Shown: one piece after another, positions 1 through 10,546 of the stretch
Layout of the letters: each line of letters opens with the position of its first letter
Position numbering within the stretch: position 1 is the stretch's first letter
NCBI GenBank assembly: GCA_963781585.1
Contig: CAWAGQ010000003.1
Span: 192,001 to 256,000 of the forward strand
From: an uncultured Gemmatimonadaceae bacterium
GTDB lineage: Bacteria; Gemmatimonadota; Gemmatimonadetes; Gemmatimonadales; Gemmatimonadaceae
Length of the DNA: 64,000 nt
Direction of reading: 5' to 3'
The notes under the pieces: generated by a model
What the model saw: only the letters and a program-made list of their open reading frames with translations
The model's database searches: none
Told to the model about the DNA's origin: nothing
Made by a program: the position numbers and the translations under genes

Positions 1-432
1 AACCGGACGGTGGCCGATGTGCGCCACCGCCTGTCGCGCGGCGGCGGCAACATGGGAAGTGCCAACTCGGTCGCCTGGATGTTCGAGCGCAAGGGCCAGC
101 TGTATATCGACGCCGCCCAGTTCGACGAGGATCGCACACTCGAGGCGGCGCTCGAGGCCGGAGCGACCGATTTCTCCACTGAAGAAGGACAGTACGTGGT
201 GAGTACCGACGTGCCCTCCTTTCACGCCGTCAAGGCGGCGCTCGAGGAAAAGGGCATTGCCCCTTCGCAGTCCGAGATCGCCTGGATACCCCGCCAGACC
301 GTGCGCGTGGAAGGCACCGAGGCGGAAGCCGTCCTGCGACTGATCGAATCGCTGGACGAGCTGGACGATGTCCAGAAGGTCGACGCAAACTTCGACATTG
401 ACGCGGACGTGATGGCGGGGATCCGGGGATAG
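1..432 (+). CDS. yebC: YebC/PmpR family protein, 5'-truncated by the window edge
   Basis: NRTVADVRH...GGNMG..SVAWMFERKG and LDELDDVQKVDANFD motifs; usual position before ruvC. Confidence 0.93.
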   Translation, partial: NRTVADVRHRLSRGGGNMGSANSVAWMFERKGQLYIDAAQFDEDRTLEAALEAGATDFSTEEGQYVVSTDVPSFHAVKAALEEKGIAPSQSEIAWIPRQTVRVEGTEAEAVLRLIESLDELDDVQKVDANFDIDADVMAGIRG

Positions 433-479
433 GATGACCACGCTCTTTCCCCGGTGCTGATGACCCGTCCTGGACGTAC

Positions 480-1109
480 GTGATCGTCCTCGGCATCGAC
501 CCCGGAACCGCCGTGACCGGCTTTGGCGTCGTCTCGGCCGGGGATGCGGAGCCGGCGCATCAGAGACCGGCGGCGGCCCGCATGCGACTGGTGGAGTGTG
601 GGGTGATCCGCACCCGCGCGGGTGACGCCCTGGCGTCGCGTCTTCGCGACATCTACGACGGTGTCGGGGAATTGATCGCGCGGCACCACCCCGACTTCCT
701 GGCGGTGGAAGACGTGTTCTATGCGCGGAACGTGCGCACGACACTGGTGCTGGGCCACGCGCGCGGTGTAGTGCTGCTGGCCGGCGTCGAGGCGGGCGTT
801 CCAATCCGCGAATACCCTCCCGCCGAGATCAAGAAGGCGGTCGTGGGTACCGGCGCGGCGACCAAGGACCAGGTGCAGTTCATGCTCACCCGCCTGCTGC
901 ACTTGCGCTCAGCGCCACAACCGGCGGACGCGGCCGACGGCGTTGCCGCCGCGCTGACCTGCGTGATGACCGCGCATCTGGAGCGGGTCCGCGAGGCCGC
1001 CGCCGGCATGCGCGGCACGACCGGAGGCGGTTCGAGGAGTGTCGGTCGCACCTCTGCGCCGGGAAAGACCACAGGCGATCGGCGGCCGAACGGATCGGGG
1101 CGCCGATGA
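480..1109 (+). CDS. ruvC: Holliday junction resolvase RuvC
   Basis: VLGIDPG, AVEDVF, IKKAVVGTGAATKDQV, DAADG motifs; ATGA overlap with ruvA. Confidence 0.95.
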   Translation: MIVLGIDPGTAVTGFGVVSAGDAEPAHQRPAAARMRLVECGVIRTRAGDALASRLRDIYDGVGELIARHHPDFLAVEDVFYARNVRTTLVLGHARGVVLLAGVEAGVPIREYPPAEIKKAVVGTGAATKDQVQFMLTRLLHLRSAPQPADAADGVAAALTCVMTAHLERVREAAAGMRGTTGGGSRSVGRTSAPGKTTGDRRPNGSGRR

Positions 1110-1705
1110 TCTCCCAGGTCACCGGGCGGCTGATCGCGAAGGACGTGGATCGCGTCGAGGTCGCCACATCGGGAGGCGTAGCGTACGAGCTGGCGGTTCC
1201 CCTGAGTACGTTCGAACGCCTCCCGGCCGCCGGCCAGCAGATCACGCTGTTCACCGATCTGGTGGTGCGCGACGACGAGTGGTTGCTGTACGGTTTTGGA
1301 ACGCTGCTGGAGCGTCGGGTCTTCCGGCGGCTCCGTGGCGCCACCGGCGTGGGTCCGGCCCTCGCGTTAGGCATGCTGTCGCGGTTCGCCGCCGACCGGC
1401 TGGTGCGTGCCATTCGCGAGCGCGACGTGGCGGTGCTGCAGACCGTGCCGCGGGTGGGCCGCAAGAAAGCGCAGCAGCTGGTGCTCGACCTGGCGGACAA
1501 GCTGGACGACTTGCTGGAAGACGAAGGCGTCGTGCCGCGGACCGGGGGGTCGGCTGCCGACGACGCGATGCGCGCCCTGGTGTCGCTGGGGTATTCGGGC
1601 GTGGAAGCGGAGAAGGCGGTGCACGCGGCCCTGGACGGCGTGGACGGCATCCCCAGCGTGCCGAACCTCATTCGCGCAGCGCTGGCGAAGGTGGGCCGGG
1701 GCTGA
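1106..1705 (+). CDS. ruvA: Holliday junction branch migration protein RuvA
   Basis: LLYGF, GVGPALAL, VPRVGRKKAQ, ALVSLGY motifs. Confidence 0.95.
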   Translation: MISQVTGRLIAKDVDRVEVATSGGVAYELAVPLSTFERLPAAGQQITLFTDLVVRDDEWLLYGFGTLLERRVFRRLRGATGVGPALALGMLSRFAADRLVRAIRERDVAVLQTVPRVGRKKAQQLVLDLADKLDDLLEDEGVVPRTGGSAADDAMRALVSLGYSGVEAEKAVHAALDGVDGIPSVPNLIRAALAKVGRG

Positions 1706-1775
1706 GCAACGCCCGGCGCGATTGCCCCCGCCCTGCCCGCCGGTTCTATTCGACTCTCCCGGAGCCATTCCCGTC

Positions 1776-2930
1776 ATGCCTGCCGCCCGAACTGCCACCT
1801 TCACCGAGTCCGTCATCCGCGAGATGACGCGCGTCGCCCATCAGCACGGCGCGATCAATCTGGCGCAGGGCTTTCCCGACTTCGCGATGCCGTCGCCCAT
1901 GAAGGACGCGGCCAGCGCCGCCATCCATGGCGACGTCAATCAGTACGCCATCACCTGGGGAACGCCGGCGCTGCGGCTCGCGATCGCGGACAAGTACCGA
2001 CGGTGGTACGACTTCACCGTGAATACCGAGACCGAGATCACGGTGACCTGCGGCGCCACCGAAGCGATGGCGTCGGTTTTTCTCGCGCTGGTCGATCCCG
2101 GCGACGAAGTCATCATCTTCGAGCCGTTCTACGAGAACTACGGGCCCGACGCCGTCCTCGCCGGTGCCAGGCCCGTGTTCGTGCCGCTCGAACCGCCCAC
2201 CTGGCGCTTCGACCCGGACGAGCTGCGTCGCGCCTTCTCGCCCCGCACGCGCGCGATCATCGTCAACACGCCGCATAACCCCACGGGTCGGGTCTTCACG
2301 CGCGACGAGATGGCGCTGATAGCCGGACTCTGCGTCGAACACGACGTCTGGGCGTTCACCGACGAGATCTACGAGCACATCCGGTACGCGGGCAATCATC
2401 ATCTGCTGGCCGCGTTTCCGGGAATGCGGGAGCGGACGGTGACGATATCGGGGCTGTCCAAGACCTTCAGCTGCACGGGATGGCGGCTGGGTTACGCCAT
2501 CGCACCGCCGCGGGAAACGGTGGCCATTCGCAAGGTGCACGACTTCCTGACCGTGGGCGCACCAGCTCCGCTGCAGGAGGCGGGGGCCGTGGGGATGGCG
2601 TTCGGTCCGGACTACTACAACCGCCTGGCGCAGGAGTATCGGGAGCGGCGCGAGATCCTGTGCGGCGCGCTGCGAGAGGCCGGATTCGTCTTTACGGTGC
2701 CCGAAGGCGCGTACTATGTACTGGCGGATTTCTCCAGCCTGAGCAGCGTGGACGATCGTGAGTTCGGGCTCTGGCTGGCGCGGGATATCGGCGTGGCGAC
2801 CGTTCCCGGGTCGAGCTTCCACGCCACCGAGGGCCGCGGCAGCCGGTTTGCGCGGTTTGCGTTCTGCAAGAAGCGGGAGACGCTGGAGGCCGCCGCCGAG
2901 CGGCTGCTGAGAGTCAGATCGCTCGTCTAG
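1776..2930 (+). CDS. PLP-dependent aminotransferase class I/II
   Basis: AINLAQGFPD, NTPHNPTG, DEIYE, SKTFSCTGWRLG; start moved to ATG 1776. Confidence 0.92.
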   Translation: MPAARTATFTESVIREMTRVAHQHGAINLAQGFPDFAMPSPMKDAASAAIHGDVNQYAITWGTPALRLAIADKYRRWYDFTVNTETEITVTCGATEAMASVFLALVDPGDEVIIFEPFYENYGPDAVLAGARPVFVPLEPPTWRFDPDELRRAFSPRTRAIIVNTPHNPTGRVFTRDEMALIAGLCVEHDVWAFTDEIYEHIRYAGNHHLLAAFPGMRERTVTISGLSKTFSCTGWRLGYAIAPPRETVAIRKVHDFLTVGAPAPLQEAGAVGMAFGPDYYNRLAQEYRERREILCGALREAGFVFTVPEGAYYVLADFSSLSSVDDREFGLWLARDIGVATVPGSSFHATEGRGSRFARFAFCKKRETLEAAAERLLRVRSLV

Positions 2931-2982
2931 ACGGCCGCGCCCGGAGGCAGGCGCGCCGTGAGGCAGGCGCGGCTTGGGGCCG

Positions 2983-4893
2983 TCAGGATGCCGCGTTGCG
3001 CTTCCGGCTGCGCGGCGCGCGTGCCGCGGACAGCCCGTCGTGCGGGACGAGCACCCGGGTCACGAAATCCTCGGCGCTCATGGGGTATGCGAACAAGTAG
3101 CCCTGCCCCAGGGTGCAGCCCAGGGCACGCAGGCCGTCGCGCTGGTTGGCGCGCTCGATCCCCTCGGCCACGGTCTCGATTCCCAGCGTCTTGCCTAACG
3201 CAATGATCGCGCGCGCCAGCACCGGATCTTCGTCTTCGTTCCCCACCGCGTCGACAAAGGTGCGGTCGATCTTCAGCATGTCGATCGGAAACTGCTGCAG
3301 ATAGCCGAGCGACGAATAGCCGGTCCCGAAGTCGTCGATGGCCAGATTCAGCCCGAGCGCCTTGAGCGAGCGCAGTTTGTCCAGCGTGCTGTGCGATCGC
3401 TGCATCAGCACGCTCTCGGTGATCTCGAGGGTGAGGGCCCACGGTTCGAGGCGGGAATCCTCCAGCGCGCTCCGGACGTCGTCCACCAGGGACGGATCCT
3501 GGAAATGGCGTCCCGAGAGGTTGACGCTCATCTGCATCAGGCGCGCGGCCGGATTCCGGGAGCGCCATTCGCGCGCCCGCTCGCAGGCCTCGCGCAGCAC
3601 GGCGCGGCCGATCGGAATGATCAGCCCCGTTTCCTCGGCGACCTCGACGAACTTGGCCGGAGCCACGATCCCGCGCTCGGGATCGTGCCACCGGACCAGC
3701 GCTTCGGCGCCGTAGATCTCGCCGGAGTTGAGGTTGATGATCGGCTGGTATTCCACCTGGAAGTTCTGCTGGGCCACCGCCGCCCGCAGGTCGGCCTCGA
3801 GCTCGAGCCGCTCCATGACCAGCTGGTGCATCTCGCGCTCGTAGATCGCATAGTGCCCCTTGTGGCGCGCCTTGGCGAAGTACATCGCCAGGTCGGCGTT
3901 CCGGAGCACGTCGCCGGGAGTGTCGCCTAACGACACGGCGGCGATGCCGATGCTGACGCTGATGAACACGTCGCGGCCTCGCACCCGGAACGGCGCCCGC
4001 AGCGCCTGGGCGATCCGCTCGGCGGCCACCTCCACGTCGGCCAGGGTGTCCACGTCCTCCAGCAGGACCGCGAATTCGTCTCCGCCCAGGCGGGCGATCG
4101 TGTCGGCGGGCCGCACGCAGCCGGTGAGTCGGCCCGCGGCCGCCAGGAGCAGCTCGTCGCCCACCGCGTGTCCGAGGGAGTCGTTGACCTTCTTGAAGTC
4201 GTCCAGGTCGAGGAACAGCACCGATGCCGGATGCTTCCCGCGCGGCGCACGTGCCACCGCGTGCCCCACCCGATTCAGGAACAGCGCCCGGTTCGCCAGT
4301 CGCGTCAACTCGTCGTGAAAGGCCTGGTGGGTGAGCCGGGCCTGGAGCGTGCGACGCTCGGAGATGTCGCGCGCGTTCACCACGATCCCGCCCACCATGG
4401 GTTCGGCCGTCAGGTTGGTTCCGATGTTCTCGGTCCACAGCGCGACGCCATCGGGCCGCACCAGACGCCACTCCTCCACCAGCGACGTCGCGGCCTCGAC
4501 CTTCTGCAGCTGCGCGAAGAACCGCTGCGCCGCCTCGCGATCGTCGGCGTGCACGAGCTCGATCAGCCGCCTTCCCTGGAGCTCATCGGCATCGATCCCC
4601 AGTACCTGCCGCGCGGTCGGACTGGCGTAGCGCACTACGGTCTCCGCGTCGCTGATCAGAATCACGTCCGACGAGTTCTGCACGAGTGACCGGAATCGGG
4701 CTTCACTGGCCGCCAGGGTGATCACGTCGTCGCGCACCGAAGCCACCCGACGCACCAGCGCCAGGAGCACTATCGCCACGAGGATGAACGCCAGTGACGT
4801 GAGCAGGTTCTGTGACTGCGGGCGCAGCAGGTAGAGCACGCACGCCGACCCGACGACGATGGCCGCACCCCATCCCTCGGGAAGCCGCGCCAT
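2983..4893 (-). CDS. Membrane-anchored PAS-GGDEF-EAL diguanylate cyclase/phosphodiesterase
   Basis: Two N-terminal hydrophobic segments, PAS (RFRSLVQNSSD), RLGGDEF, EAL, IDDFGTGYSS; start uncertain. Confidence 0.92.
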   Translation of the reverse strand: MARLPEGWGAAIVVGSACVLYLLRPQSQNLLTSLAFILVAIVLLALVRRVASVRDDVITLAASEARFRSLVQNSSDVILISDAETVVRYASPTARQVLGIDADELQGRRLIELVHADDREAAQRFFAQLQKVEAATSLVEEWRLVRPDGVALWTENIGTNLTAEPMVGGIVVNARDISERRTLQARLTHQAFHDELTRLANRALFLNRVGHAVARAPRGKHPASVLFLDLDDFKKVNDSLGHAVGDELLLAAAGRLTGCVRPADTIARLGGDEFAVLLEDVDTLADVEVAAERIAQALRAPFRVRGRDVFISVSIGIAAVSLGDTPGDVLRNADLAMYFAKARHKGHYAIYEREMHQLVMERLELEADLRAAVAQQNFQVEYQPIINLNSGEIYGAEALVRWHDPERGIVAPAKFVEVAEETGLIIPIGRAVLREACERAREWRSRNPAARLMQMSVNLSGRHFQDPSLVDDVRSALEDSRLEPWALTLEITESVLMQRSHSTLDKLRSLKALGLNLAIDDFGTGYSSLGYLQQFPIDMLKIDRTFVDAVGNEDEDPVLARAIIALGKTLGIETVAEGIERANQRDGLRALGCTLGQGYLFAYPMSAEDFVTRVLVPHDGLSAARAPRSRKRNAAS

Positions 4894-5332
4894 GATCCCA
4901 CGCGCCGACTGCGGGACCGGCGTTCGCCTGGGAAACGACCGGGGGTAGCGACGCAGCTGGCCGCGCGCACGGGCGATCAGGCGCGCGAGCCACCAGCGAA
5001 GCGGGCGGCGGTTCTCTCGCGGAGTGGTGCGATCCACGCGTCGGGTTGGGACGTTGGGAGCCGAAAGTGACCCGCGCCCGACGGAGGGCTGGCGCTGGAG
5101 TCGGCCAGAATACGGGAGATGCGCCACTCTTCGAAAGTGACGCGCACACCCACTCCGGAACGACGCGCGGGAGCACCCGTGGTCACAGGGAGCCGCGCTC
5201 GTATTCGGCAAATCTTCGGGATATATTTCCGGCTTGGTTGGATGCGGCATGGGCTGCCGGAACGGTCGTACTGGGCCGCCCGGCTGGCCGCTTTGCACCG
5301 GTGTCCCGAGCATCGTCCCTACCACGTCGCTG

Positions 5333-6364
5333 ATGCCCCCCTCCGAGATCACCACACCAGCCGAACTCCCCGAGGAAGGCGCCGTGGAGCTGTCCCTCCG
5401 GCCACAGCGGCTGGCGGAGTTCATCGGCCAGACCAAGGTGAAGGAGGCCCTCCGCATCTACATCGAGGCCGCGCGAGCCCGGCGCGAACCCCTCGACCAT
5501 GCGCTCTTCTTCGGTCCGGCCGGACTGGGGAAGACGACCCTGGCCGAGCTGATCGCCCGGGAGCTGGGCGTGAACATTCGCGGCACGTCCGGTCCCGCGC
5601 TCGAGAAGCCGGCCGACCTGGTGGGGACACTCACCAACCTGCGCGAGGGCGACATCCTCTTTATCGACGAGATCCACCGGCTGCGCTCGGTGATCGAGGA
5701 GTTCCTGTACCCTGCGATGGAGGACTATCGCATCGACATCAGGCTCTCCGAGGGACCGAAGGCACAGACGATCACGATGCCGATCGAGCGGTTCACACTC
5801 ATCGGCGCGACGACCAGGCTCGGATTGCTCACCCCGCCGATGCGCGGGCGATTCGGCATCGTGGAACGACTCAACTACTATCCGGCCGAGGACCTCGAGC
5901 TGATCGTGAAGCGCACTGCGGAGGTGCTGAAGGTCGGCATCGACTCGGAAGGCATGACCGAGATCGCCAAACGGTCGCGCGGCACACCGCGCATCGCCAA
6001 CCGGTTGCTGCGGCGGGTGCGGGACTACGCCCAGGTGCGCGCCGATGGGCGGATCACGCGGGAGGTGGCGAACCAGGCGCTGCAGCTGCTCGACGTGGAC
6101 CACTTCGGGCTCGACGACATGGATGCGCGCATTCTCCGGATCATCATCGAGAAGTTCGGCGGCGGCCCGGTGGGTGTCGGCGCCATCGCCTCGGCCATCG
6201 CCGAGGATGCCGACACCATCGAGGAGGTGTACGAGCCGTTCCTGGTGCAGAACGGGTTTCTGCAGCGCACGCCGCGCGGCCGCGTGGCCACGGCGCTCGC
6301 GTACCGCCATTTCGGCTTCGAGGCGCCGGTGCGCGCGGAGCAGGAGTCGCTGTTCGACGCCTGA
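5333..6364 (+). CDS. ruvB: Holliday junction helicase RuvB
   Basis: [42 protein letters not shown]. Confidence 0.97.
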   Translation: MPPSEITTPAELPEEGAVELSLRPQRLAEFIGQTKVKEALRIYIEAARARREPLDHALFFGPAGLGKTTLAELIARELGVNIRGTSGPALEKPADLVGTLTNLREGDILFIDEIHRLRSVIEEFLYPAMEDYRIDIRLSEGPKAQTITMPIERFTLIGATTRLGLLTPPMRGRFGIVERLNYYPAEDLELIVKRTAEVLKVGIDSEGMTEIAKRSRGTPRIANRLLRRVRDYAQVRADGRITREVANQALQLLDVDHFGLDDMDARILRIIIEKFGGGPVGVGAIASAIAEDADTIEEVYEPFLVQNGFLQRTPRGRVATALAYRHFGFEAPVRAEQESLFDA

Positions 6365-6373
6365 AGGGCGCCC

Positions 6374-7414
6374 TTGACCCACGGATTCCGCACCGCCGAC
6401 TACGAGTACGCGCTCCCCACCGGCCGGATCGCCCAGAAGCCTAACGAGCGGCGCGATCGGAGCCGCCTGCTGGTCGTCGATCGCGAAACCGGGAGGCTCG
6501 AACACCGGGTGTTCGCCGAGCTTCCGGATCTGGTCCCGCCCGGCGACGCGCTGGTGCTCAACACCACCCGCGTGCGGCGCGCCCGTCTCCTCGGCCGGCG
6601 CGGTTCGGGCGCCCCGGCGGAAGTCCTGCTGCTTCGCGCCACCGGCGAGGAAAAGCAGTTCGAGGCGCTGGTGCACCCGGGCGGAAAGCTCCGGCCCGGG
6701 CGCGTGGTCCATGTCGCACCCGGTCTGGACGTGATCATCGAGCGGACCACCGCTCGTCGCACCCGCATCGTGCGGCTGCAGACGACGCTGTCGGCCGACG
6801 CGGCGATCGAGCAGTTCGGCCATGTGCCGCTGCCGCCGTATATCGCGCGCGACGACACCGCCGACGATGACGCCCGGTATCAGACCGTGTACGCGCGGGA
6901 GCCGGGGTCGGCCGCCGCGCCCACCGCCGGTCTGCATTTCACTCGTGAGCTGCTCGAGGACCTCGAGCGTCGCGGCGTACGGCGCGTCGACGTCGTGCTG
7001 CACGTCGGCGCGGGGACGTTCAAGCCGGTGGAGCACGACGATCCGGCACAGCACGTCATGCACGAGGAGTGGTACGACGTACGTGACGACGCCGTGGCGC
7101 GACTGGAAGCCACCCGCGCGGCGGGCGGCAGGATCTGGGCCGTGGGCACCACATCGGCCCGCACGCTGGAGACGATCGCCGGCGAGGGCGGTCGCTGGCA
7201 TTCCGGCGCGGGGGAAACTCGACTCTTCATCCGGCCTCCGTACCGATGGCGCGCCGTGGACAGGCTGATCACCAACTTCCATCTTCCGCGCTCCACGCTG
7301 CTCATGCTGGTGGCGGCGTTCGCCGGCTACGAGCTTACCATGGAAGCGTACCGCGTCGCGCTCGATTCGGGGTATCGGTTCTACTCCTACGGCGACGCCA
7401 TGGCGATTCTCTGA
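6374..7414 (+). CDS. queA: SAM:tRNA ribosyltransferase-isomerase QueA
   Basis: VPLPPYI, YQTVYA, AAPTAGLHF, TNFHLPRST, YRFYSYGDAM. Confidence 0.97.
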   Translation: MTHGFRTADYEYALPTGRIAQKPNERRDRSRLLVVDRETGRLEHRVFAELPDLVPPGDALVLNTTRVRRARLLGRRGSGAPAEVLLLRATGEEKQFEALVHPGGKLRPGRVVHVAPGLDVIIERTTARRTRIVRLQTTLSADAAIEQFGHVPLPPYIARDDTADDDARYQTVYAREPGSAAAPTAGLHFTRELLEDLERRGVRRVDVVLHVGAGTFKPVEHDDPAQHVMHEEWYDVRDDAVARLEATRAAGGRIWAVGTTSARTLETIAGEGGRWHSGAGETRLFIRPPYRWRAVDRLITNFHLPRSTLLMLVAAFAGYELTMEAYRVALDSGYRFYSYGDAMAIL

Positions 7415-7442
7415 CCGCGCGCGGCACCCACGGCCTGACGAC

Positions 7443-8636
7443 ATGACCACGGCTGTCCGCTTCGACGTCATGAGCACGGACGGCGCGGCGCGCGCCGGCC
7501 GGCTCGACACGCCCCATGGCGCGGTCGAGACCCCGGCGTTCATGCCGGTCGGGACGCTCGCCACCGTCAAGGCCCTCGATCCCACCGACCTTCGCGACGC
7601 GGGCGTCCGTGTCGTGCTCGCCAACGCGTACCATCTGCACCTCCGGCCCGGTGATGAACTCATCGCCACCCTCGGTGGCCTGCACCGATTCATGGCCTGG
7701 GACGGTCCCGTGCTCACCGACTCCGGCGGCTTCCAGGTCTTCTCGCTGGAGGGACTCCGTCGGGTGGACGAGGACGGGGTGGAATTCCAGAGTCACATCG
7801 ACGGCTCGTCCCGACGATTCACCCCCGAGCTGGTGATGCGCATTCAGCGCAACCTGGGCGCCGACATCGTCATGCAGTTCGATCACGTCATTCCCGGTCA
7901 GGCCGATGCGAGCCGCGCCCGGGACGCGAGCGAGCGGAGCATCCGCTGGCTGGTGCGCTGCCTGGCCGAATTCGAGCGCCTGCAGAAGGACGCGGCGGGG
8001 CTTCCCGCCGCGACGTCCGGATCACCTTCAGCCGAGCGGCTGCTTTCGCAGAGCCTGTTTCCCATTATCCAGGGCGGCATTCACGGAGATCTGCGCCTGG
8101 AGGCTGCGCGATCGATCACCGGCATGGCGGACTGGCCCGGCTACGGCATCGGCGGCCTCTCAGTGGGCGAGTCGAAGCCGGACATGTACGCGGTGCTCGA
8201 CCTGCTGGCCCGCGACCTCCCCCCGTCGCGACCGCGGTACCTGATGGGCGTCGGATTCCCCGAGGACCTGGTCGAGGGAATCCGTCGGGGGATGGACCTG
8301 TTCGACTGCGTGGCGCCAACTCGCATGGGGCGGAACGGCACCGCGTTCACCAGCGACGGTCGCATCAACGTGAAGCGGGCCGAGTTCCGCGCTGACGAGC
8401 GACCCCTGGATATGGACTGCTCATGCGCGTCGTGCCGGCGCTTCACGCGGGCGTATCTCCGGCACCTGTACGTCTCGGACGAACTCCTCGGGCTGCGCCT
8501 CCTCTCCCTGCACAATGTACATTTCCTGATCGCGCTCAGCCGCGAAGCGGCGAGCGCGATTCACGATGGCACGTTCGACGCCTGGGCCCGCGCCCGGCTC
8601 GAACGTCTCGCTTCCGGACCAGTCCTCACACCATGA
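7443..8636 (+). CDS. tgt: tRNA-guanine transglycosylase
   Basis: TPAFMPVGT, TDSGGFQVFSL, PRYLMGVG, DLFDCV, CxCxxC zinc site. Confidence 0.97.
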   Translation: MTTAVRFDVMSTDGAARAGRLDTPHGAVETPAFMPVGTLATVKALDPTDLRDAGVRVVLANAYHLHLRPGDELIATLGGLHRFMAWDGPVLTDSGGFQVFSLEGLRRVDEDGVEFQSHIDGSSRRFTPELVMRIQRNLGADIVMQFDHVIPGQADASRARDASERSIRWLVRCLAEFERLQKDAAGLPAATSGSPSAERLLSQSLFPIIQGGIHGDLRLEAARSITGMADWPGYGIGGLSVGESKPDMYAVLDLLARDLPPSRPRYLMGVGFPEDLVEGIRRGMDLFDCVAPTRMGRNGTAFTSDGRINVKRAEFRADERPLDMDCSCASCRRFTRAYLRHLYVSDELLGLRLLSLHNVHFLIALSREAASAIHDGTFDAWARARLERLASGPVLTP

Positions 8637-9004
8637 TGTGGCCAACCTATCCCGCTCTGCTTCTGCTTCAGGCCGCCGGCGGCGGCATCTCGATGATCGG
8701 CTTCGTGCTCGAAATGGGAGCGATCGCCGCCATCTTCTACTTCCTGATGATTCGGCCTCAGCAGAAACAGCGAAAGACGCATGAGGAGCGGCTCCGCAAT
8801 CTGCGAAAGGGCGATCATATCGTGACCACCGGCGGTATTATCGGCGAGGTTGTGCATGTGAAGGAAACGGTCAAGGACGGCGCTCCGCAGCGCACGATGG
8901 AGGATCCGGTGACCATCAAGTCGGGCGACACCCGGGTGATCGTGGAACGCGGTCGCATTGCGCGGGTCGCCGGCAGTGCCTCCACTTCCAGTCCCGACAC
9001 GTGA
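8633..9004 (+). CDS. yajC: Preprotein translocase subunit YajC
   Basis: FYFLMIRPQQK, GDHIVTTGGIIG; follows tgt with ATGA overlap. Confidence 0.93.
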   Translation: MMWPTYPALLLLQAAGGGISMIGFVLEMGAIAAIFYFLMIRPQQKQRKTHEERLRNLRKGDHIVTTGGIIGEVVHVKETVKDGAPQRTMEDPVTIKSGDTRVIVERGRIARVAGSASTSSPDT

Positions 9005-9579
9005 GCCTGCTCGACATTCACGTCCTGGGCTCGCCCGTGCTGCGCTCCGAGACGACGCTCGTCTCGGAGGTGGGGGCCGATTTTCAGCGCCTCGTCGACG
9101 ACATGTTTGAGACGATGTACGCGGCGCAGGGAATTGGCCTGGCCGCGCCCCAGGTGGGTCGCGGCGCGCGGGTGGCCATCGTGGACGTCGAAAACAACCC
9201 ACTGGTGCTCGTGAACCCCGAGGTCGTCCTGGGGGAGGGCACCGATCGGGCGGAGGAGGGATGCCTTTCGATTCCCGACATCTACGGCGAGGTGGAACGC
9301 GCGGAGCGCGTGACCGTGCGTGCGCTCGACCGGAAGGGCCAGGAGTTCACGATCGACGCGGCCGGGCTGCTGGCACGCGCGATTCAGCACGAGATCGACC
9401 ACCTGCATGGGAAGCTCTTCATCGACTACCTCAGCTTCCTCAAACGGCGCGCGGCCTTGTCGAAATGGGACTCGATGAAAGAACAGTATCCGGCGCTGAT
9501 CCGCCGGATCGTGGTCCCGGAGACCTCGCGCGCCTCGTCGCACCGTTCCGCCGGCGGCATCGGAGACGAGGTGCTGTAG
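9001..9579 (+). CDS. def: Peptide deformylase
   Basis: GIGLAAPQVG, EGCLS, QHEIDHL. Confidence 0.97.
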   Translation: MSLLDIHVLGSPVLRSETTLVSEVGADFQRLVDDMFETMYAAQGIGLAAPQVGRGARVAIVDVENNPLVLVNPEVVLGEGTDRAEEGCLSIPDIYGEVERAERVTVRALDRKGQEFTIDAAGLLARAIQHEIDHLHGKLFIDYLSFLKRRAALSKWDSMKEQYPALIRRIVVPETSRASSHRSAGGIGDEVL

Positions 9580-9580
9580 G

Positions 9581-10513
9581 ATGCGCGTCCTCTTCTGGGG
9601 GACGCCCGACTTCGCCGCCCCGGCGCTGCGCGCATTGATCGGCGAAGGGTACGACGTCGTCGGCGTCGTAACCCGGCCGGATCGGCCGCAGGGGCGCCAC
9701 CGCAGTGTGCCCGCACCACCGCCGGTGAAGGAAATCGCTGTTGCCGAGGAGATCCCCGTGCTGCAGCCTGAACGGCCGCGCGGTGACGAGTTCCTGCGGG
9801 CGATCCGCGACCTCCAGCCCGACGTGTCGGTGGTGATCGCGTACGGGCACCTGCTGCCGGTCGATGCCATCGACCTGCCGACCCTGGCGACGGTGAACCT
9901 GCACGCTTCGCTCCTGCCCCGGTGGCGTGGCGCGGCACCCATCCAGGCCGCCATCCTCGAGGGTGACGCCGAGACCGGGATCTCGGTGATGCGCATGGTG
10001 GAGCAGCTCGATGCCGGTCCGGTGCTGCTTCAGGCCCCGACGCCGATTGTCGAGGACGAGACCTTCGGAGAGCTCCATCTGCGCCTCTCGGAGCTGGGGG
10101 CTCTGGCGGTGGTGGAGGCGCTGGCGCTGCTGGCGTTAGGCGATGCACCCGAGCACGCGCAGGACGAGGCGCGCGCGACCTACGCGCCGAAGATCGGTCG
10201 CGAGCAGACCCGCATCGACTGGACGCGCCCGGCCGAGCGGATAGCGCGGGTGGTGCGCGCGTTCGACCCGGCTCCCGGCGCATTCAGCACACTCCGGGGC
10301 GCCGACGTGAAGCTCTTCGGCGCCCGGGTCGCGTCCGACGCCCGCGGCGATCCGGGCGAGGTGCTCGAGGTCGATGAGTCGGGGTTGCTGGTGGCCTGCG
10401 GCACATCGGCAGTGCGGCTCGGCTACGCCCAGCCATCCGGGCGGCGCCGTCTGGCCGGGCTGGACTGGGCCCAGGGACGGGGGGTGTTCGTGGGAGACCG
10501 GTTTGGCGCGTAA
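9581..10513 (+). CDS. fmt: Methionyl-tRNA formyltransferase
   Basis: FWGTPDFA, NLHASLLPRWRGAAPIQ, LDAG. Confidence 0.97.
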   Translation: MRVLFWGTPDFAAPALRALIGEGYDVVGVVTRPDRPQGRHRSVPAPPPVKEIAVAEEIPVLQPERPRGDEFLRAIRDLQPDVSVVIAYGHLLPVDAIDLPTLATVNLHASLLPRWRGAAPIQAAILEGDAETGISVMRMVEQLDAGPVLLQAPTPIVEDETFGELHLRLSELGALAVVEALALLALGDAPEHAQDEARATYAPKIGREQTRIDWTRPAERIARVVRAFDPAPGAFSTLRGADVKLFGARVASDARGDPGEVLEVDESGLLVACGTSAVRLGYAQPSGRRRLAGLDWAQGRGVFVGDRFGA

Positions 10514-10546
10514 CCGCGCGCGATCGGCGGCGCTATTTTGCGTGGT

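Noticed and set aside
5183..7717. 844-aa antisense ORF and many similar long shadow ORFs (e.g. 36362..37951, 41465..43522, 48470..50602)
   Set aside because: They overlap well-supported genes, show no motifs, and are expected from high-GC codon bias
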